A stretch of 26,888 bases of DNA from a virus (IMGVR_UViG_3300044213_000131:1-26888); one strand, 5' to 3'. Shown: positions 16,069 through 23,901, counted from the stretch's first letter. A program made the numbers and translations. Notes: generated by a model from the letters alone, not told the origin.

Positions 16069-16413
16069 TCAATCTCCTTTTGCTTCAAATTCTTGGATCA
16101 TCCAGTCCAGCCAGTCACAGCGGATCTTTTGGAGGGTGTTGAACTGGTCTCTTGGCGTCATGCGGTCCAGTTTGCCATACAGGTTTGGATGAACTTTTCT
16201 GTACCATGCCTCCAGTGTGTAGTGCCCTTTTAGCAGGATCAACTGCACATGGCTTTTCAATTTGTCTGCTAAGTCACCAGGGATGTCTCCCTGGCAGTTC
16301 AGGTCTTCAATGACATAGCATATGAATGGGCTGTTACTGAACATATCTTGGTGATCGTCATAGTCTTTGACCAGGTGCTTGCGGACTTTTTTGAGTGCTG
16401 TGCTTGATTTCAT
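16069..16413 (-). CDS. Hypothetical protein
   Basis: ATG 16413; in operon. Confidence 0.75.
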   Translation of the reverse strand: MKSSTALKKVRKHLVKDYDDHQDMFSNSPFICYVIEDLNCQGDIPGDLADKLKSHVQLILLKGHYTLEAWYRKVHPNLYGKLDRMTPRDQFNTLQKIRCDWLDWMIQEFEAKGD

Positions 16414-16432
16414 ATTGCTCTTTCGTAGTTGA

Positions 16433-16681
16433 TCAGGTGCCATAGGTTGCCCACGCGGGCATGTCGTAGAACTTTTGTCTGGTCATCCAGTCCATCGACT
16501 CGAAGGTGCGCTTTCCCTCAAGCAGCTCGACCAGAAGGGCGCGCTCGGTGTTAAGTCGCTCGAGCATTATTCGGTCCCATTCTTGGTTGAACCGTTTCTC
16601 TTCGTAGCCGGTGAACATCCTGATGTTGAAGTCAGTGACCTCAATGACTCGCTTGATTTCTTCGGGTGATGGTGTGCTCAT
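16433..16681 (-). CDS. Hypothetical protein
   Basis: ATG 16681 with AAGGAG RBS; coupled. Confidence 0.75.
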   Translation of the reverse strand: MSTPSPEEIKRVIEVTDFNIRMFTGYEEKRFNQEWDRIMLERLNTERALLVELLEGKRTFESMDWMTRQKFYDMPAWATYGT

Positions 16682-16953
16682 TCGATGATCTCCTTGATGT
16701 CGCAGCAGGCCACCCACAGTAGGCGATCAAGATTCGCCTCATGGTCTGCCAGTTCGGCGTCGTCCCAGGCGCCATATTCGCTCAGGCATTCAGCCACCAG
16801 CTTGGCATCCAGCTTGTTCAGCTGGCGGCGGATGGCGGGCTCCTTGCGCAGCGCGGCCACATCACTGTCGCACTGTCCCGGGTGAGAGCACGACAGTGCC
16901 TGGGCCTTGGTGATCTTCAGCTCAATGCGTCCGAGTGATTCAATCCACCACAT
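16678..16953 (-). CDS. Conserved phage hypothetical protein
   Basis: ATG 16953 with AAGGAG RBS; EYGAWDDAEL.DH..NL.RLLW.A motif. Confidence 0.8.
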   Translation of the reverse strand: MWWIESLGRIELKITKAQALSCSHPGQCDSDVAALRKEPAIRRQLNKLDAKLVAECLSEYGAWDDAELADHEANLDRLLWVACCDIKEIIE

Positions 16954-17263
16954 GGCTGGCTCCTTTGTGCAGGTTGCGCAGCGCATTCATGGCCTCGGCC
17001 CGCGTGCGGTAATCGTTGAACTTGCCCACGGTCTCGATCCTGCCGTCGACCTTCTGCCGGCGCACTGAGTAGTAGCGGCGATCCTCCTCGCTGCGTGACT
17101 CGCTGGTGATGAACAGGATCCCGGCGTCGGTCTGGTATGCGACCTCCGGCAGCCTGGCGCGAAAGAAGCCCGTGGTGTCGGAGTCAAACCAGTGGCCATT
17201 GGGCTGGTTGCGCTCGTAGTACTCACGCACCTCGGTGAATCGAATGGTTGGGATCTTGCTCAT
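16940..17263 (-). CDS. Conserved phage hypothetical protein
   Basis: ATG 17263 with GGAG RBS; HWFD..T..FF...FITSE motif. Confidence 0.8.
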   Translation of the reverse strand: MSKIPTIRFTEVREYYERNQPNGHWFDSDTTGFFRARLPEVAYQTDAGILFITSESRSEEDRRYYSVRRQKVDGRIETVGKFNDYRTRAEAMNALRNLHKGASHVVD

Positions 17264-17442
17264 GCTGTTCTCCGTGGTGGAATTGGTACATCGCCTGTGT
17301 TTTTGCAATACTTCATGCAGGACTCTTCATCCTCATGACGCATGACGGATAGGTGTCCTTTGGGGTTGTAGCTTGACCATTTGGTTTCGTGCCAAAGGGC
17401 CGGCAATTTTTTTCCTGGTCGTTCTTGATGCCATGTGCTCAT
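17260..17442 (-). CDS. Hypothetical protein, 60 aa
   Basis: AAGGAG RBS; coupled. Confidence 0.75.
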   Translation of the reverse strand: MSTWHQERPGKKLPALWHETKWSSYNPKGHLSVMRHEDEESCMKYCKNTGDVPIPPRRTA

Positions 17443-17452
17443 GCTGCTCTCC

Positions 17453-17620
17453 TTATTGGTGGCACACGCCAGCCTTGATCAAGTCGACAGCCAGGCGGCC
17501 ATAGAAGCCCTGAAGCTTCCAGACCCAGCCCTTGTCGATGCCTTCCTGGATGAATTCAGTAACCTGGTCCTCGTCCATGAGGCCGTTCTCGAAAGCAATG
17601 AGTTGGTCAATGTCGGGCAT
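17453..17620 (-). CDS. Conserved small phage protein (WKLQGFYGR motif)
   Basis: ATG 17620 with GAGGAG RBS. Confidence 0.8.
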   Translation of the reverse strand: MPDIDQLIAFENGLMDEDQVTEFIQEGIDKGWVWKLQGFYGRLAVDLIKAGVCHQ

Positions 17621-17630
17621 GGTGTTCTCC

Positions 17631-17792
17631 TCAGTAGTCAACTTTTTTGATGTCGCCAATGTTGGCGTGCGGATGAAGGTGGCGGGCGATGGCCACGGCG
17701 TCGTTCTTGTCTTTGGCGCGCACCAGTACGGTTGGGTGGTTAAACCCTTTGCCACCACGGAAGCAGGGCAGCGCGATCAGATACTTGTGCAT
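17631..17792 (-). CDS. Hypothetical protein, 53 aa
   Basis: ATG 17792 with AAGGAG RBS. Confidence 0.75.
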   Translation of the reverse strand: MHKYLIALPCFRGGKGFNHPTVLVRAKDKNDAVAIARHLHPHANIGDIKKVDY

Positions 17793-17802
17793 GTCGCTCT
17801 CC

Positions 17803-18027
17803 TTATGTTTGTGCTGGGTTGATGCCGTTCGAGCCACAGAACCAGCACAACTGCAGGTAAGTGCGGAACGAAAACGGCGGTGTGCCATCCAGGGACTTGA
17901 CATAGGATGGGCCACGGAACTTGCGCATTTCCCTTTCTGGTCCGCGCAGGTCGAAGTTGTCATGGTGGGTTTGGACATAGGTCCAGCCAGGGGTTGCTGG
18001 CTTGGTGTCTGTGATTGTGTTGGCCAC
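17803..18027 (-). CDS. Hypothetical protein, first gene of the leftward accessory operon
   Basis: GTG 18027 with TAGGAG RBS. Confidence 0.7.
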   Translation of the reverse strand: MANTITDTKPATPGWTYVQTHHDNFDLRGPEREMRKFRGPSYVKSLDGTPPFSFRTYLQLCWFCGSNGINPAQT

Positions 18028-18064
18028 TTGAACTCCTAGAAAAGGTTGGTTGCTGATGTAAATA

Positions 18065-18093
18065 ATTGTTGCGCATGAAAACATTCTGGTCAA
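18065..18093 (-). promoter_or_regulatory. Leftward promoter of the accessory operon
   Basis: TTGACC-N17-AACAAT; shares the exact 16-mer GCATGAAAACATTCTG with 4353-4368. Confidence 0.7.
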
Positions 18094-18147
18094 TCAATAC
18101 CCACAATGTTTTATCGGGTATTGTTGTTTGGATGCTACAATTTGTGC

Positions 18148-18255
18148 GTCGAACCAACCAACTGTTTCGACCGCGAAGGCATCTCAAGCCTTCACTTCCT
18201 CCAGGGCATGAGAAACCCTGGTGCCGCGTAACTGCGGGCGTCGTTGGTTGGCGCG
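18148..18255 (+). ncRNA. Structured leader or small RNA with complementary loops
   Basis: Follows an extended -10 TGCTACAAT (18133-18141); stem 18154-18162/18243-18251 encloses three hairpins; loops TCTCA and TGAGA are complementary. Confidence 0.55.
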
Positions 18256-18279
18256 TAAGTGAAGACTTGAAAGGCTTTT

Positions 18280-18966
18280 GTGCAGCAATTCGATTTCAGC
18301 CTGAAGTGGCTTGCCAACCTGGACCTCAAGCAGGTTCCATCTGAAGCGTTATGCGCCATCGAGGCGGCCGTCTCTGAAGAGAAGAGGCGGAGGCTGAGCG
18401 GATCCCGTGGCGCCAACCTGTACCGGCGCAGGGATATTGATAAGCAGAAGCTGCGCGTCGATTATTCGCACACCATCACCAATGACCTGGCCGAGGATGC
18501 CCTTGAGGATGCGTGGGTCCAGCACTTCAATGCAATCATGAGCGACGACTGGTCGAAGCACTTCGTTGATACCGGCGGCCCGAACGACTACTACGTCTAT
18601 TTGCACTTCGACCCACGCGTTGACCGGAGGATCCACCTATCCAGCAGTGAGTGCTTTATTTCAATTCAGGGTGAGCCGTTCTACGTCGGCAAAGGCATCG
18701 ATCTGCGCGCGTACGACCTGAAGCGCAATGACGGGCATGGCGTTATTCTTCGCCAGCTGCGCGCAGAAGGGTATATGGCAGGGGACGTTGTGCGCATCGT
18801 AGCGAGTGGATTGACTGAGGCAAAATCGCTCGAGATTGAGTCAAAACTCATTCATTTCTTTGGCTCAAGATACGACAAAAGCAATACAGGTCCATTGGTG
18901 AATCTTGCACAAACGGCAGGCCCGGTACTGAAGCCTGTAAAGCCTAAATTGCTGCGCGCAAAATAA
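18280..18966 (+). CDS. GIY-YIG (LEM-3-like) nuclease domain protein
   Basis: YYVYLHFDP...PFYVGKG...R...EAKSLEIESKLI...LVN. Confidence 0.8.
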   Translation: MQQFDFSLKWLANLDLKQVPSEALCAIEAAVSEEKRRRLSGSRGANLYRRRDIDKQKLRVDYSHTITNDLAEDALEDAWVQHFNAIMSDDWSKHFVDTGGPNDYYVYLHFDPRVDRRIHLSSSECFISIQGEPFYVGKGIDLRAYDLKRNDGHGVILRQLRAEGYMAGDVVRIVASGLTEAKSLEIESKLIHFFGSRYDKSNTGPLVNLAQTAGPVLKPVKPKLLRAK

Positions 18967-18969
18967 ATG

Positions 18970-18999
18970 TTGCGAAAACACCACAATGTTTGGTAGAAT
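18970..18999 (+). promoter_or_regulatory. Late promoter candidate
   Basis: TTGCGA-N18-TAGAAT with an extended TG; upstream of the lysis/head operon. Confidence 0.65.
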
Positions 19000-19169
19000 T
19001 CGCGCACCGCAAGGTGAGATCTTTTGATCCGCTCCCGAAGGAGCAGCTTCACCAGGCCCTTTGGACTCTGTCCGCGTAGCCTGACTGGGGTGCCGTACAA
19101 GGCATAACAAACTTCGCAAATCGCGACTATCTCTGAGGGGAAAGTCGCGTCCAGAATTTGAGTCCTCCC

Positions 19170-19379
19170 ATGAATTTGATCGACGACTGGAAGGCGGTCG
19201 CGACCAAGGCATGGTCAATGCGTCTCGCCCTGATTGCCACAATCCTGTCCGCCCTTGAGGTGGCCATTCCTTATATGGATTGGATGTTCTCGCGCGGCAC
19301 GTTCGCTGCGCTGGCTGGGATTGTGTCTCTGGCCGCAGGCATCGCTCGCCTGGTGGATCAGCCGGATATGCGCAAGTGA
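19170..19379 (+). CDS. Putative holin
   Basis: 69 aa, two TM segments, immediately upstream of the lysozyme. Confidence 0.75.
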   Translation: MNLIDDWKAVATKAWSMRLALIATILSALEVAIPYMDWMFSRGTFAALAGIVSLAAGIARLVDQPDMRK

Positions 19380-19852
19380 TCGAGAACAGCAAGAAGGTCG
19401 GCAGTGCCGCTTTGATTGCTGCTGCCTTGGCCATGCCGGCCGAGGGCCTGCGCCAGGCCGCCTATCGGGATCCGGTTGGAATCCCAACGGTTTGCTTCGG
19501 CTCAACGCACGGCGTGAAGATGGGTGACCACCACACCGTGGAAGAGTGCAAGCAGATGCTGACGACAGAGATGCTGGCGTCGGTTGAGGATGTCGACCAC
19601 TGTCAACCAGGCTTGCCGGCAAATGTGCTGGCTGCCTTTTCCGATGCCCGCTACAACATGGGCCCGACCGTGGCGTGTGATGTCGAGCACTCGACGGCAG
19701 CCAAGTTGCTCAAAGCTGGCCGGTACGCCGAAGCATGCAAGCAGTTGTTGAAGTGGGACAAGGCCAGGATTGCTGGCCAGATGGTTTCGCTGCCAGGACT
19801 GACCAAGCGTCGCGAGGCCGAAGTGACCGTGTGCCTGGGAGATGAGTCGTGA
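19376..19852 (+). CDS. Lysozyme (GH24), probable SAR endolysin
   Basis: E-X8-D-X5-T triad (EGLRQAAYRDPVGIPT); Ala/Gly-rich N-terminal segment; GLTKRREAE; GTG start coupled to the holin stop. Confidence 0.92.
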   Translation: MIENSKKVGSAALIAAALAMPAEGLRQAAYRDPVGIPTVCFGSTHGVKMGDHHTVEECKQMLTTEMLASVEDVDHCQPGLPANVLAAFSDARYNMGPTVACDVEHSTAAKLLKAGRYAEACKQLLKWDKARIAGQMVSLPGLTKRREAEVTVCLGDES

Positions 19853-20352
19853 TCCTAATTCCGCCGAGCATTACCGCCTACGCCGCCCTGGCGTGGGTGA
19901 AAGTGGTTGCAGTTGTGGTTGTCGCCCTCGCCCTGGTGGGTGGCGGGTATCACCTGGGAGCCAAGGTCACGCACGCAGACTGGGACAAAGAGCGCGCGGC
20001 CATGGCCATTCAACATGCGGCAGACGTCGAGGCTGTCCGTGCCAAGGAGCACCAAATTGCAGAACAAGCCCAAGCAATCATTGAAGAACAGGCTCAGCGA
20101 GAAGCTGAAACTCTGGCTCGTGTTGCCGCTGCTGAGCGGAATGTTGGCAGCCTGCGCGACACCATCGCCATGCTCAATTCCCGTCCCGCCCCCATCGATC
20201 CCGAAACCAAGCGAATCGCTGATGAAGCCCGTCAAGCAAGAGAGCTACTTGGACAGTGCAGCAAAGAATATGAAGTCGTGGCAAGAGACGCTGACGAACT
20301 CAGGGACCAAGTAACCGGCCTCCAGCAGTGGGTGGACCATGTCAGAGAGTGA
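19849..20352 (+). CDS. Rz-like inner-membrane spanin
   Basis: N-terminal TM plus coiled coil; follows the endolysin. Confidence 0.85.
   Translation: MILIPPSITAYAALAWVKVVAVVVVALALVGGGYHLGAKVTHADWDKERAAMAIQHAADVEAVRAKEHQIAEQAQAIIEEQAQREAETLARVAAAERNVGSLRDTIAMLNSRPAPIDPETKRIADEARQARELLGQCSKEYEVVARDADELRDQVTGLQQWVDHVRE
20057..20314 (+). CDS. Rz1-like outer-membrane spanin lipoprotein, embedded in the +1 frame
   Basis: AAGGAG then TTG at 20057; signal peptide with lipobox LAAC; Pro-rich mature part. Confidence 0.8.
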   Translation: MQNKPKQSLKNRLSEKLKLWLVLPLLSGMLAACATPSPCSIPVPPPSIPKPSESLMKPVKQESYLDSAAKNMKSWQETLTNSGTK

Positions 20353-20722
20353 AAGCAGCATGCCTCAAGGTACAGACCTGGCCGTAGCCATTGCAAAAAT
20401 CAGCGCTTTGTCGGACGACATGTCAGAGGTCAAGTCAACGATGCGTGAACTGGCTGCAGCCGTGTCCAAGCTGGCCGTAATTGAGGAGCGCCAGTCATCG
20501 ATCAATGAGTCGATCACAAGGGCATTCAAGGAAATCAACAAGATCGGCGACAGAGTCACCACCCTTGAGCAGGCCGCCCCTTTGCAGAAGCAGACCCAGG
20601 ACTGGGTCCAACATGCGGTGAAGTATGTACTCGGCCTGGTGCTCGGCGCAGCCCTGATGGGACTGATCCGCAACCCGCCCGCCCAACCAACAGCCACGCC
20701 GCCTGCTGCGGTGGGCAAGTGA
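20339..20722 (+). CDS. Coiled-coil protein with C-terminal TM helix
   Basis: Heptad pattern; YVLGLVLGAALMGLI. Confidence 0.8.
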   Translation: MSESESSMPQGTDLAVAIAKISALSDDMSEVKSTMRELAAAVSKLAVIEERQSSINESITRAFKEINKIGDRVTTLEQAAPLQKQTQDWVQHAVKYVLGLVLGAALMGLIRNPPAQPTATPPAAVGK

Positions 20723-20724
20723 AC

Positions 20725-20850
20725 ATGAACCAAGACAACAACAACCAAAGCCAGCAAGAACCCGCTGGCCTGGACCTCGAGTCCGATGAGCCCCTGGCGC
20801 CTGCCTGCCCCATGAACCCGGGTGAAGGTGAGTGCGAAGCCTGCCAGTAA
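20725..20850 (+). CDS. 41-aa acidic peptide ending in CEACQ
   Basis: Exactly fills the gap between late genes; in-frame GTG at 20719 overlaps the upstream stop; not in the ORF track. Confidence 0.7.
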   Translation: MNQDNNNQSQQEPAGLDLESDEPLAPACPMNPGEGECEACQ

Positions 20851-20860
20851 GGAGCTCGCC

Positions 20861-21097
20861 ATGAACGACCAAGAAGAATACGTCAAGGCTCACAACGAGC
20901 TCAGCGCCGGAGAGCGCAACGACCTCGAGTCGACCCAGTTCGGCCTGCCCGAGCAACGCAAATACCCAATGCCCGACAAGGCTCACGCCAAGGATGCGCT
21001 CGCGCGTGCCAGCGAAGAGTTCAACAAGGGCAACCTGACCCAGGACGAGAAAGCCCGCATCGACGCCAAGGCTCGCAAGATCCTGGGGGGACAGTGA
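20861..21097 (+). CDS. Small protein, DUF6582-like
   Basis: AAGGAG RBS; FGLPEQRKYPMPDKAHAKDALAR. Confidence 0.8.
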   Translation: MNDQEEYVKAHNELSAGERNDLESTQFGLPEQRKYPMPDKAHAKDALARASEEFNKGNLTQDEKARIDAKARKILGGQ

Positions 21098-21104
21098 TCC
21101 GATT

Positions 21105-21725
21105 ATGTCTGGTGAGGCAGACAAGGTCGTCGACTGGGAAGTAGTCGAGAAACATTACAGGGCTGGTCTCAAGTCGCTGCGTACCATCGCAGAAGAGCAT
21201 GGGATCACTGAGGGAGCCATCCGTAAGCGCGCCAAGCGTGACAAGTGGACCCGAGATCTTGAGAAAAAGATTCAAGAGCGAGCCAAAGAAAAGGTACGCA
21301 AGGAAGCGGTACGCAAGCCCGGTACGCAATTAACACCGCAGACCGAGCAGCAAGTCGTCGAGCAGTACTCCGATGTAGTCGCCTCGGTCGACATGATCCA
21401 GCGTGAGGACGTGAAGCTGGCAATCGACAACAGTCGCAACCAGCTCAAGGAGCTCGTGCTTCTGGGTGATCCGGACTTCGCGGCTGCTCTCGAGAGCCTG
21501 GGTGATCTGATGGATGTGTCGGCTCCAGGCAAGCCTGACCGAGCCAACGAGCTCTACCGCTACATCATTTCCCTGGCTGGTCGAGTCAAGATGGCCAAGG
21601 AGATTGCTGCAAGCCACGGTGTTTACATCCCGATGCAGCGCAAGATCTTCGGCCTGGACAATGAGAAGAAGTCGACCGGCGAGTTCGAGGAGATGCTGCG
21701 CCGAGTGCAGTTGCAGCCTGACTGA
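21105..21725 (+). CDS. terS: Terminase small subunit
   Basis: N-terminal HTH (DWEVVEKHYRAG..SLRTIAEEHGITEGAIRKRAKRDKW); directly before TerL. Confidence 0.85.
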   Translation: MSGEADKVVDWEVVEKHYRAGLKSLRTIAEEHGITEGAIRKRAKRDKWTRDLEKKIQERAKEKVRKEAVRKPGTQLTPQTEQQVVEQYSDVVASVDMIQREDVKLAIDNSRNQLKELVLLGDPDFAAALESLGDLMDVSAPGKPDRANELYRYIISLAGRVKMAKEIAASHGVYIPMQRKIFGLDNEKKSTGEFEEMLRRVQLQPD

Positions 21726-23263
21726 TGGCAGATTCAACGAACACCGAACAAGATGCCAAGATAAAGCTTCTTGGCAAAGAGCTCGAAGTCTATGCCATTC
21801 ACTGCCTGAAGATCCTGGACAAGGCTGGCAAGAAGCAGGCATTCGAGTTCAACCAGGCGCAGCGGTTTGTCCATGCGCGCCTGGAGCAACAGCTCAAAGA
21901 GACCGGCAAGGTTCGGGCTCTGATCCTGAAGGGTCGTCAGCAGGGCATCTCGACTTACGTCGGCGCCCGCTTCTATCACAAGACCACAATGAACTTCGGC
22001 CAGCGCGCCTTCATTGTGTCGCACGAGCAGAAGTCGACCAACAACCTGTACTCGATGGTGAAGCGTTACCACGAGAACAACCCGATGCCTATCAGCACTG
22101 GCGCAACCAACGCACAGGAGCTGATCTTTGACAAGCTGGATGGAGGCTACAAGCTGGCCACAGCAGGCACTCAGGACGTCGGCCGGTCCAACACCGCGCA
22201 GTTGCTGCACGGATCCGAGTTCGGGTTCTGGTCCAACGCTGCGATGCACTTGGCCGGTATCGGTAACACGATTGGCGACATCCCGGGCACGGAAATGATT
22301 TTCGAGTCCACGGCCAATGGCCTGGGCAATCAGTTCCACACGATGTGGCAAGAGGCTGAGGCCGGTCGCGGCGAGTACATCGCGATCTTTGTGCCCTGGT
22401 TCTGGCAGGTTGAATACCGTGCCGCAGTGAAGGCTGACCTCGAGCTCACGCCTGAGGACAGAGAATACCAGCGCGCATACAAGCTGGACATGGAGCAAAT
22501 GCAGTGGCGGGCCAACAAGATCGCCACTTACGGCCGTGGCCACGAATGGTTGTTCGACCAGGAGTATCCGGCCACAGCATCGCTCGCGTTCAAGACGTCG
22601 ACCATGAACCCGCTGATCAGCCCGAGTGCTGTGATGCTGGCAGCTGGCACCGACTTCCGTGAGCGCTCTGGCCCGCTGATCATCGGCTGTGACCCAGCCG
22701 GCGATGGTGAAGGCAAGCATGACCGCAGCGCAATCGCATTCCGCCAGGGTCGCACCTGCTTCCGCCTCGAGTGGATGCCGACGGACTCGAGCCCAATGCA
22801 GATCGCTGGCCGCCTGGTTGAGATCTGGAACACGCTCCAGCCCGACGCGATCATCATCGACAAGGGCGGTCTGGGTGCTGGCATCTATGACCGCCTGGTT
22901 GAGTTGAATGTGCCGGTGATCGGCATCAACAACGCCGAGACCGACACCGTCGATCCAGAACGCTACGAGAATGTTCGGGCTGGCATGTGGTGGCGGATGG
23001 AAGAGTGGTTCCACAACTTCCCCTGCCGCATCCCGAATGATGCAGCGCTGATCTCGGACCTGACGGGTCCGCAGCCTGAGGTTCATTCGAGCGGTAAGAA
23101 GTTGCTGGAGTCGAAAAAGAAAATGGAAAAGCGCGGCATCCGTTCTCCGGACGGTGGCGATGCACTTGCTCTGACGTTCGCTGTGCCAGTGGCCATGCGA
23201 GCCAAGCAAGAGTTCAGCACGAGCGGTGGCTCGTATCGGGCGCCGACCAGCGCGGGTTATTAA
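21725..23263 (+). CDS. terL: Terminase large subunit
   Basis: Walker A LKGRQQGIST, Walker B LLHGSE, ESTANG, nuclease motifs IIGCDPA and SPDGGDALALT. Confidence 0.95.
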   Translation: MADSTNTEQDAKIKLLGKELEVYAIHCLKILDKAGKKQAFEFNQAQRFVHARLEQQLKETGKVRALILKGRQQGISTYVGARFYHKTTMNFGQRAFIVSHEQKSTNNLYSMVKRYHENNPMPISTGATNAQELIFDKLDGGYKLATAGTQDVGRSNTAQLLHGSEFGFWSNAAMHLAGIGNTIGDIPGTEMIFESTANGLGNQFHTMWQEAEAGRGEYIAIFVPWFWQVEYRAAVKADLELTPEDREYQRAYKLDMEQMQWRANKIATYGRGHEWLFDQEYPATASLAFKTSTMNPLISPSAVMLAAGTDFRERSGPLIIGCDPAGDGEGKHDRSAIAFRQGRTCFRLEWMPTDSSPMQIAGRLVEIWNTLQPDAIIIDKGGLGAGIYDRLVELNVPVIGINNAETDTVDPERYENVRAGMWWRMEEWFHNFPCRIPNDAALISDLTGPQPEVHSSGKKLLESKKKMEKRGIRSPDGGDALALTFAVPVAMRAKQEFSTSGGSYRAPTSAGY

Positions 23264-23272
23264 GGAAACACC

Positions 23273-23674
23273 ATGAACAAAGATTACGAAGCAGCCTGGA
23301 AAGACGGCGATCACGAAGCAAACAGCAATAGCACTCCCGCCGAGGAGGCTCAAGTCGGCGGCGTGGAAAAGAACGCCACCGCTGACGTGAAGGCTGATTC
23401 CACTCCCGGCAAAGACGAATACGTCAACGCCCATGAAGAGCTGGCCAAGCAAGAAGAAGAAAAGCCCATGAGCGGCGCTCCCCTGGAGCGTGCCACTTCG
23501 GCCATCGCCAAGCTGCAGTCCGCCTTCGACAACGCCAAACGCCTGGGTGCCAAGCATTTCAGCCATGAAGGCAAGCAGTATTCCACTGAAGAAGCTGCAC
23601 CTTCTGCTCCTGGCCACTCGCAACACCAAGAACCCGAAACCGCTGCAGCCAAGGCTCCAGCCGACCGAGGCTGA
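23273..23674 (+). CDS. Low-complexity acidic late protein
   Basis: AAGGA RBS; AFDNAKRLGAKHFSHEGKQYST motif. Confidence 0.8.
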   Translation: MNKDYEAAWKDGDHEANSNSTPAEEAQVGGVEKNATADVKADSTPGKDEYVNAHEELAKQEEEKPMSGAPLERATSAIAKLQSAFDNAKRLGAKHFSHEGKQYSTEEAAPSAPGHSQHQEPETAAAKAPADRG

Positions 23675-23676
23675 TC

Positions 23677-23898
23677 ATGGGTGACGACGGCGGCGGCAGC
23701 GACGACAGCGGAACAACGACAACGGCAGCAAGCCAAGCAAGCGCCGCGTCGGCATATTCCAATGCCTGGAATGAGGGCGAGGACAAGGTCACCACATACA
23801 AGGACATCGACAACGGTCGCTCTGCCCTGGGTGAAAACCTGAAGACAGTAAAGCCCAAGGACAAGACCCAAGTCAAGGGTGGAAAGCTGGCAAAGTAA
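23677..23898 (+). CDS. Hypothetical protein, 73 aa
   Basis: GAGG RBS; in late operon. Confidence 0.7.
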   Translation: MGDDGGGSDDSGTTTTAASQASAASAYSNAWNEGEDKVTTYKDIDNGRSALGENLKTVKPKDKTQVKGGKLAK

Positions 23899-23901
23899 GC
23901 G

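Noticed and set aside
21734-23629. 631-aa minus-strand ORF
   Set aside because: Antisense shadow of terL caused by codon bias; no recognisable motifs
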